Shown here: positions 10,756 through 15,811 of the stretch, in pieces
How the letters are laid out: every line of letters begins with the position of its first letter
Position numbering within the stretch: position 1 is the first letter of the stretch
Assembly (NCBI RefSeq): GCF_004365815.1
Contig: NZ_SODD01000053.1
Span: 1 to 15,811 of the forward strand
DNA length: 15,811 bases
Direction of reading: 5' to 3'
Source: Breznakia blatticola
GTDB taxonomy: Bacteria; Bacillota_I; Bacilli_A; Erysipelotrichales; Erysipelotrichaceae
Notes under the pieces: model-generated
The model's database searches: none
What the model was told of the DNA's origin: nothing
Seen by the model: only the letters and a program-made list of their open reading frames with translations
Translations under genes and position numbers: made by a program

Positions 10756-10926
10756 ATAGAAGACCAAATCTAGTGTATGAAAAATTCATAGATAGACTAT
10801 TATTGAAGTGGCTAAACCCAATAAGGAAACTACCTATGAACTATTCTTATACTATCACTTCTAAAGAAAATTTAAACATTAAGCGATAAAGATAAGTAAT
10901 CCTTTCCGCCTTAATTAGCCTTCAAA

Positions 10927-11673
10927 TTACAAATCATCAAAAGTGTAAAGTTTTATATCATGTATTTGCATGTACTTTACTAACCTATCACTTGTTGCAA
11001 GTTTGACTTCCTGTGTGCGAGGAATGGTAAGTGATGATTGTTCCAATATATTTGCATCAAGATAACCCGGATGGAATACGACTAAATCATATCCATCTTT
11101 ACTTGGATTTTCTACAATTCGTTTTATCATAGCAAACGGCTCATAATTAGCATCCATTGCCTCCATATGTATAAATACCTTGTTATCATTTACAATAATT
11201 GGTTTATCATCAAAAGCAAAGCCAAAGTATTTCAAGCCATGTCGCTTAGCTACAATTTCTAATCCTTTCAGAAAATTATCACTAGCTACTGCATGTCCTT
11301 CAAAGTATTCTGGCTCTTTTCCCATTAATTGTTTATAGCGTTCATATTGTGCTTCAATTTCTAAAATCACTTCATCTAAATCAACAAAATCTTCTGTTGC
11401 ATTACGATATGCTGAAGATGGTTTAAACTCACCATTTTCTTGCACCAAACTTGGAATCTTACTTGGATCACTCAGTGGTTTTCCAACACAGATGTTTGTA
11501 TGTTGCCCAAAACACACATTTAAATCCTTTAGTAAGTTAACTCCATGTTGAGTGTCTGGCATATTTACCATAACGCCAACATTATTGATTACTCCATGTT
11601 TTACACTATCATAGATCCCGTAATTCACTCCACGTGAATACCCTAGATCATCTGCTCGTATCATTAATTTCAT
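10927..11673 (-). CDS. YdjC/ChbG-family carbohydrate (chitooligosaccharide-type) deacetylase (248 aa)
   Basis: N-terminal MKLMIRADDLGYSRGVNYGI matches the conserved (N/R)ADDxG...N.GI start of YdjC/ChbG proteins, and the size is typical. SD AAGGAG is formed by the last two sense codons of the upstream antiterminator gene (4-nt gap). Confidence 0.8.
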   Translation of the reverse strand: MKLMIRADDLGYSRGVNYGIYDSVKHGVINNVGVMVNMPDTQHGVNLLKDLNVCFGQHTNICVGKPLSDPSKIPSLVQENGEFKPSSAYRNATEDFVDLDEVILEIEAQYERYKQLMGKEPEYFEGHAVASDNFLKGLEIVAKRHGLKYFGFAFDDKPIIVNDNKVFIHMEAMDANYEPFAMIKRIVENPSKDGYDLVVFHPGYLDANILEQSSLTIPRTQEVKLATSDRLVKYMQIHDIKLYTFDDL

Positions 11674-11677
11674 CAGA

Positions 11678-12517
11678 TTACTCCTTTTTTTGTCTTGCTT
11701 GTTCCAATATTCGATTAATATGAATCATTAGATATGCAAGTTCTTCTTCTGAACTTTCTACATGATAATAATGTGCAATTACTTCAGCCACCTTCTTTGC
11801 TTCTTGATACACTTCAGGCAAACCTGCTTTTAAACTGCTTACAATACTTTCATTTGTGTCCATAAATTGTTGTCCTTCTTGCATCCGTTTTAATAAATAG
11901 CGAATGTGACTCACAAATCGATTGTAATTAAATTCCTCTTGCATGATTTTCACCTGAAAATCCTGTTCTAACATTTCAGTGATTTTATCCATCAGTTTCT
12001 CAAGTTTTATTTCTTCTTGATCAATATTCGGATCATCTTCTGCTTGTACAAAGTGTAAAGCAATGCTTGTAATTTCTGCTTTTGGTAATGATATATATAG
12101 TTCTCTTTGCATCAATTCTAACGTATAGCGTCCAAGTTCACTTTCTACTGGATATAACTGTTCAACATCATACGAAAAGGCAAATTTCATCTTTTGGTAT
12201 TTTTGCATACGTTCAATCGCAAAATTTAAGTGATCTGCTAAACTAAATACAACATTTGGATTTAATGATTTATTTAAGATCTTATTTGCTCGTTGTACAA
12301 CCTTTGCACTAATTTGGAAAATCTCTTCTGGAATTTCTTGTAGTAGTTGCATAAATTGCTCACTTACTTTATAGAAAGTCATTTCAATTCTATCTAAGTT
12401 ATCAATTTCATATGGCATTTGGGGAAAGCCAAGACCTTTACCAAAGGCAATCAATTCATTCCCATTGCCATCTACACAAATCGCAACATTGTTATTGATT
12501 TTTTTAATCGCCTTCAT
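11678..12517 (-). CDS. Second BglG/LicT/SacY-family antiterminator (CAT plus two PRDs, 279 aa)
   Basis: N-terminus MKAIKKINNNVAICVDGNGNELIAFGKGLGF is a CAT domain, and the rest has PRD-like length and composition. It is clearly divergent from the 284-aa paralog. SD AAGGGGAG is upstream. Confidence 0.88.
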   Translation of the reverse strand: MKAIKKINNNVAICVDGNGNELIAFGKGLGFPQMPYEIDNLDRIEMTFYKVSEQFMQLLQEIPEEIFQISAKVVQRANKILNKSLNPNVVFSLADHLNFAIERMQKYQKMKFAFSYDVEQLYPVESELGRYTLELMQRELYISLPKAEITSIALHFVQAEDDPNIDQEEIKLEKLMDKITEMLEQDFQVKIMQEEFNYNRFVSHIRYLLKRMQEGQQFMDTNESIVSSLKAGLPEVYQEAKKVAEVIAHYYHVESSEEELAYLMIHINRILEQARQKKE

Positions 12518-12544
12518 GACGCTCCCCTTTCTTTATTACATAAA

Positions 12545-12553
12545 ATTATACCA
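12545..12553 (-). promoter_or_regulatory. Candidate internal extended -10 promoter (TGgTATAAT) for the second antiterminator and the YdjC gene
   Basis: Minus strand reads TGGTATAAT, 44-52 nt downstream of the EIIBC stop and about 28 nt upstream of the antiterminator ATG. There is no -35 match, which is tolerated by extended -10 promoters. Confidence 0.4.
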
Positions 12554-12593
12554 TACAATTGATTTTTGTATTCGTATTGCAATGTATCAAATA

Positions 12594-14009
12594 CTATTTT
12601 TTCTCAATTGCTGGTTCATCTTTTGCAAAGCCAAAGAAGTATGTAACAACTGCAGCTACAATGAACCCTATTCCACAAGCAACTAAACCATTAACTAAGT
12701 TTGTTGTTGATCCACCTGCAAATCCCGTCATACATAAGAAACTTGCTACAGGAACTAATGTGTATGAAATAACGCCTGTTAATCCTGCATATAATCCACC
12801 AGCAAGACCACCTGCTAGTAAACCGATAAATGGACGTTTGAATTTCATTCCTAATCCATATAATGCTGGTTCAGATACTCCACCAATAAAGGCAGCTACT
12901 AAATATCCAAATGATAATGATTTATCTTCTTTATTACGAATACGTAAGAATGCTCCTAAACACATTCCACTTACAGCAATACTTGATACAACTGCTGCAA
13001 CACTTACTAAACCTTCTTTTCCACTTTGTGCGAAGATTAAAATCATTGAAGTAATCATAATCGTATGCATTCCACTCATAACTAAGAATTGCCATAAAGC
13101 AGCAATAATTGCGATCGCTAAGAAACCTGCAACACTATCTAGACCTAATAAGGCTTCTCCCACCCATGTTCCTAAGAATGAACCTAAAGGTCCTAATGCA
13201 CATAACGCAATTGGAAGCATCACTGCAATAGTTAGTGTTGGACTAAATACAACTTTTAATGCATCTGGTAATATACGTTTAAAGAATTTCTCTACATATG
13301 ACATCACCCATACAGACATAATAATTGGGAATACTGTACTTGCATAGTTTTGTACATTACAAGGAATTCCATATACTGTAAATGCATTACCTTCTGCTGC
13401 CATACCCACAAGTGTTGGATGAATCATAATAGCACCAAGTAGCATACCAAGTACTGGTGTCACACCAAACTTCTTAGCTGCTGTGTATCCTAATATAACT
13501 GGGAAGAAGTAGAATCCTGCATCTCCCACAAAAGTAAATAATACATATAAGTCACTCGTTGGACTTAGTATGTTTAACATATCTGGTCCGAGTACTGCAG
13601 TTAACATCTTGAAAATAGATGCTGCCATCATAACTGGAATCGCTGGTGTAATACTTCCTGCTAAACCATCAAGGATTGCTGAACCGATAGTTTTCCATGT
13701 GCGTTTTTCTTTAGGTTTATCAACTTCATCACTGACCATTGATTCTCCTTTTAAATTTGTATTTTCAATTAATGCTTGGTACACCTTATCTACATTTTGT
13801 CCGATGATTACTTGATATTGACCACCTGATTTCGTTAAACCAATGACACCATCAATTGCTTTTACTGTATCATCTTGAGGAATACTTGCATCTTTTAAAT
13901 TGAAACGTAAACGAGTCATACAATGTGTTACTTGGGTAATGTTTTGTTCCCCACCAACGGCTGCTAATACTTCACTAGCAATTCTTTCATTCTTTTCATT
14001 TTTACTCAT
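12594..14009 (-). CDS. PTS glucose-superfamily EIIBC (sucrose/beta-glucoside/trehalose/MurNAc-type), no EIIA domain (471 aa)
   Basis: EIIB phospho-Cys motif HCMTRLRFNLKD and EIIC signature GGVSEPALYGLGMKFKRPF. The protein ends after the last TM segment, so there is no IIA domain. SD AAGGTGG is upstream of the ATG at 14009. Confidence 0.9.
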   Translation of the reverse strand: MSKNEKNERIASEVLAAVGGEQNITQVTHCMTRLRFNLKDASIPQDDTVKAIDGVIGLTKSGGQYQVIIGQNVDKVYQALIENTNLKGESMVSDEVDKPKEKRTWKTIGSAILDGLAGSITPAIPVMMAASIFKMLTAVLGPDMLNILSPTSDLYVLFTFVGDAGFYFFPVILGYTAAKKFGVTPVLGMLLGAIMIHPTLVGMAAEGNAFTVYGIPCNVQNYASTVFPIIMSVWVMSYVEKFFKRILPDALKVVFSPTLTIAVMLPIALCALGPLGSFLGTWVGEALLGLDSVAGFLAIAIIAALWQFLVMSGMHTIMITSMILIFAQSGKEGLVSVAAVVSSIAVSGMCLGAFLRIRNKEDKSLSFGYLVAAFIGGVSEPALYGLGMKFKRPFIGLLAGGLAGGLYAGLTGVISYTLVPVASFLCMTGFAGGSTTNLVNGLVACGIGFIVAAVVTYFFGFAKDEPAIEKK

Positions 14010-14097
14010 AATTCCACCTTTTCTAATCTTTCTATCTCTTGGTATCTTAAGGATTTCTTACAACAATTTGTCGTGCACTACAAATCGTTCAGAAAAT

Positions 14098-14165
14098 AAA
14101 AAAACTCTTTGATTGCATACTTAAAAACGTTTTATAACGTTTCTAAGGTAATGCCTCCAAAGAGT
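14098..14165 (-). terminator. Conditional terminator in the leader of the EIIBC-antiterminator-YdjC operon
   Basis: Minus-strand ACUCUUUG (14158-14165) pairs perfectly with CAAAGAGU (14104-14111), followed by U6 (A-run 14098-14103 on +). The interior contains a 7-bp hairpin AAACGUU/AACGUUU (14125-14142). The 5' arm is embedded in the RAT. Confidence 0.7.
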
Positions 14166-14173
14166 AACAAACC
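14147..14173 (-). promoter_or_regulatory. RAT element, class 2
   Basis: Minus-strand GGUUUGUUACUCUUUGGAGGCAUUACC. The 5' half matches sacB/sacP-type RATs (GGUUUGUUACU). The apical CUG/CAG of class 1 is replaced by the compensatory CUC/GAG. It starts about 8 nt after the predicted transcription start. Confidence 0.75.
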
Positions 14174-14187
14174 TTAATTACATTTTC

Positions 14188-14216
14188 ATCTTAATATGAA
14201 AGTGCTTCCATGTCAA
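14188..14216 (-). promoter_or_regulatory. Sigma-A promoter of the EIIBC-antiterminator-YdjC operon
   Basis: Minus strand has TTGACA (14211-14216), a 17-nt spacer and TAAGAT (14188-14193). The -35 starts 2 nt after the methyltransferase stop codon. Confidence 0.6.
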
Positions 14217-14218
14217 TA

Positions 14219-14953
14219 CTATTTTTTCATACAAGATACAAGCAACATCATTGGACGACGCAATTCATCTTTCATTCCTTCTACTTGTTCGAGTAGTTCT
14301 TTTGCTGGTTCAGGTTCAACAACTGCTTTGATACAAAAGCCATATTTCAACAATGTTTGAAGATATGTCGTTACCGTTCGATGATATTTTACTACTTGTT
14401 CCCCAAGAAAAATCGCTTCTCTTTTCCCTTCAAAAAAGTAGTTATCAACTGGCCAATATGCTGGCTTATCTTCACTATCATAAATCCAATCTTGTTTGCC
14501 TTGTGCAGTAAATACTGGATGTTCTACTGAGAATACAAATACCCCACCTGGCTTTAATGCGTTATGAATCACTTGTACAACTTGATCAAAATTTGGCGTA
14601 TAATGAAATGCTAATGAACTCATTACTACATCAAAACTTTCATCATCTAATTGTAGATCTTCCATTGCTACTTGCTTGTAAGTTACTACATCACTATCTG
14701 TTTTCTCTTTAGCAACAGCTAACATTTTCTCTGAAATATCTGTACCTAGTACATATGTAGCACCTTTACTAGCTGCATATACACAGTGCCAGCCAAAACC
14801 ACAACCAATATCCAATACCCGTTTCTTCTGAAAATCGGGAAGTAATTTTTTTAGTTCATGCCACTCTCCTGCTGCAGACAAACCTTCCACTGAACGTGGG
14901 AATTTTTGATATGCTTCAAAAAATGCATCATTATCATATATATTTTCTTTCAT
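14219..14953 (-). CDS. Class I SAM-dependent methyltransferase (244 aa), substrate unknown
   Basis: Motif I VLDIGCGFGW, an acidic post-I residue (GTDIS), and a Methyltransf_11-like layout. SD AGGAG is upstream. Confidence 0.85.
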   Translation of the reverse strand: MKENIYDNDAFFEAYQKFPRSVEGLSAAGEWHELKKLLPDFQKKRVLDIGCGFGWHCVYAASKGATYVLGTDISEKMLAVAKEKTDSDVVTYKQVAMEDLQLDDESFDVVMSSLAFHYTPNFDQVVQVIHNALKPGGVFVFSVEHPVFTAQGKQDWIYDSEDKPAYWPVDNYFFEGKREAIFLGEQVVKYHRTVTTYLQTLLKYGFCIKAVVEPEPAKELLEQVEGMKDELRRPMMLLVSCMKK

Positions 14954-14987
14954 GGTGCTCCTACTTTCAAACGTTAGATAATATATA

Positions 14988-15314
14988 CTACCAACGCTTC
15001 ATGTTAACATTATACTTTTCAATATATGCTTTCTTAAATTCATCAATTGTGATGTCATAACACAACATTACATTGTTGAAATACATCATTACATCGCAAA
15101 GTTCCTCTATGAAATGCGCACGTACTTCTGGCTGGTTCATAATTTGTATATCACCATCTTTCTTGATGACATCAATTACTTCTCCTGTTTCTCCAATCAT
15201 CCACAAAAGCATTTCTTTAGCTACTTCTGGTTTCAAATCCGGCCAAAATCCTTGATATTTCTCATGCATATATTTTTGCATCATTTGCATTTCTTCTATT
15301 GAAAAGTTCTTCAT
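14988..15314 (-). CDS. MazG-like nucleoside triphosphate pyrophosphohydrolase, small single-domain type (108 aa)
   Basis: Metal-binding acidic motifs GETGEVIDV (ExxE) and IEELCDVMMY (EExxD), with the spacing and size of YpjD/MazG-like four-helix proteins. Confidence 0.75.
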   Translation of the reverse strand: MKNFSIEEMQMMQKYMHEKYQGFWPDLKPEVAKEMLLWMIGETGEVIDVIKKDGDIQIMNQPEVRAHFIEELCDVMMYFNNVMLCYDITIDEFKKAYIEKYNVNMKRW

Positions 15315-15340
15315 TTTTAATCTCCATCGTATATTTCATT

Positions 15341-15712
15341 TTACACAAAGCTTTCTTCTATCTCATATCGTGTATCACAGGATGCACAAGCAACAGTTGC
15401 TTTGTATGATTGTATATTTTTTGGTACTACAGAAAACAAAGCAGCTGCATCCTTTTCACAAATGTATCGTTTATTGACTTCACTACGCTGTAGCGTACCC
15501 AAAGCAAGTTTATTCAAATCTATATCACCAAAACGATTTTCAACACTTCCGCTTGCTCCACACGAACATGTAAAAGAAAACCGAAAGTATCGATATGTCA
15601 CATAACAAAGATATGCAACTGTTTTATTGCATGAATCACAATATAACCAACTTGCATGTCCCTTTAGAAAATGTGCTTGATCTGCTAGTACTGTTGGAAT
15701 TTTTTTAGCCAT
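15341..15712 (-). CDS. Hypothetical Cys-rich protein (123 aa), possible zinc-ribbon protein
   Basis: Eight Cys, including CDSC (25/28), CSC (49/51) and CASC (109/112). Good SD AGGAG 6 nt upstream of the ATG at 15712. I recognise no family. Confidence 0.6.
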   Translation of the reverse strand: MAKKIPTVLADQAHFLKGHASWLYCDSCNKTVAYLCYVTYRYFRFSFTCSCGASGSVENRFGDIDLNKLALGTLQRSEVNKRYICEKDAAALFSVVPKNIQSYKATVACASCDTRYEIEESFV

Positions 15713-15760
15713 TTTGTCTCCTGTTATGAAGTGACCATTGTCAAGAGTAAATTTACATTC

Positions 15761-15788
15761 ATAATAACCTTAATTATTAAATTGTCAT
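15761..15788 (-). promoter_or_regulatory. Candidate promoter for the Cys-rich/MazG/methyltransferase unit
   Basis: Minus strand has ATGACA (15783-15788), a 16-nt spacer and TATTAT (15761-15766). Confidence 0.35.
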
Positions 15789-15799
15789 CAATGGCACAT

Positions 15800-15811
15800 A
15801 AAAGCCCCGAA
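15800..15811 (-). terminator. Possible 3' half of a terminator belonging to a minus-strand gene beyond the right edge
   Basis: Minus strand begins UUCGGGGC followed by UUUUAU. The complementary 5' arm would lie outside the window, so this cannot be verified. Confidence 0.3.

Noticed and set aside
12559-13347. Strikingly long (262 aa) + strand ORF antisense to the EIIBC gene
   Set aside because: It starts at a TTG with no SD. Its product is low-complexity (Pro/Ala/Thr/Asn/Ile-rich), as expected for the complement of a membrane-protein gene. In this antisense register, stops can only arise where the sense strand has NNY-TAN (Tyr) or NNT-CAN (His/Gln). The C-terminal half of the EIIC is poor in Tyr, His and Gln, so the openness is explained by the real gene on the other strand.
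14196-14210. cre-like sequence ATGAAAGTGCTTCCA in the spacer of the EIIBC operon promoter
   Set aside because: The invariant central CG is TG. It is not called as a feature and is mentioned only for comparison in a finding.
15739-15744. Perfect TTGACA hexamer (minus strand) upstream of the Cys-rich ORF
   Set aside because: At 16-18 nt downstream there is only the SD GGAGAC and no -10-like hexamer. The ATGACA-16-TATTAT pair further upstream is the better, though still tentative, promoter.

Overview
AT-rich window that looks like a Bacillota chromosome. All 15 supported genes lie on the minus strand. I see no rRNA, tRNA, CRISPR array, transposase or integrase.

Read in the direction of transcription (high to low coordinates), I infer six transcription units:
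1. A Cys-rich 123-aa unknown protein, a MazG-like NTP pyrophosphohydrolase and a class I SAM methyltransferase.
2. Promoter, RAT/terminator, PTS EIIBC (no EIIA), a LicT/BglG-type antiterminator and a YdjC/ChbG-family deacetylase.
3. Promoter plus cre, RAT/terminator, a second LicT-type antiterminator, a second RAT/terminator, the beta-glucoside EIIBCA, a GH1 6-phospho-beta-glucosidase and a terminator.
4. Promoter, a terminator-like leader hairpin, an MgtC-family protein and a CX5R tyrosine phosphatase translationally coupled to it.
5. An RpiR (HTH+SIS) regulator and its terminator.
6. A cre site, a GH1 6-phospho-beta-glucosidase, and lactose/cellobiose-family EIIA, EIIB and EIIC, ending at a bidirectional terminator.

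Most of the window is therefore a dense beta-glucoside/PTS utilisation locus. It combines three regulatory logics: two orthogonal-looking RAT/antiterminator pairs, an RpiR regulator, and CcpA cre sites.

I do not see an obvious defence or mobile system. The least conventional parts are:
- the EIIBC-antiterminator-YdjC operon;
- the mgtC-phosphatase pair, with a promoter-then-terminator leader and an overlapping mini-ORF;
- the uncharacterised Zn-ribbon-like/MazG/methyltransferase trio.

All family calls rest on motifs read by eye from the translations. No database search was possible.
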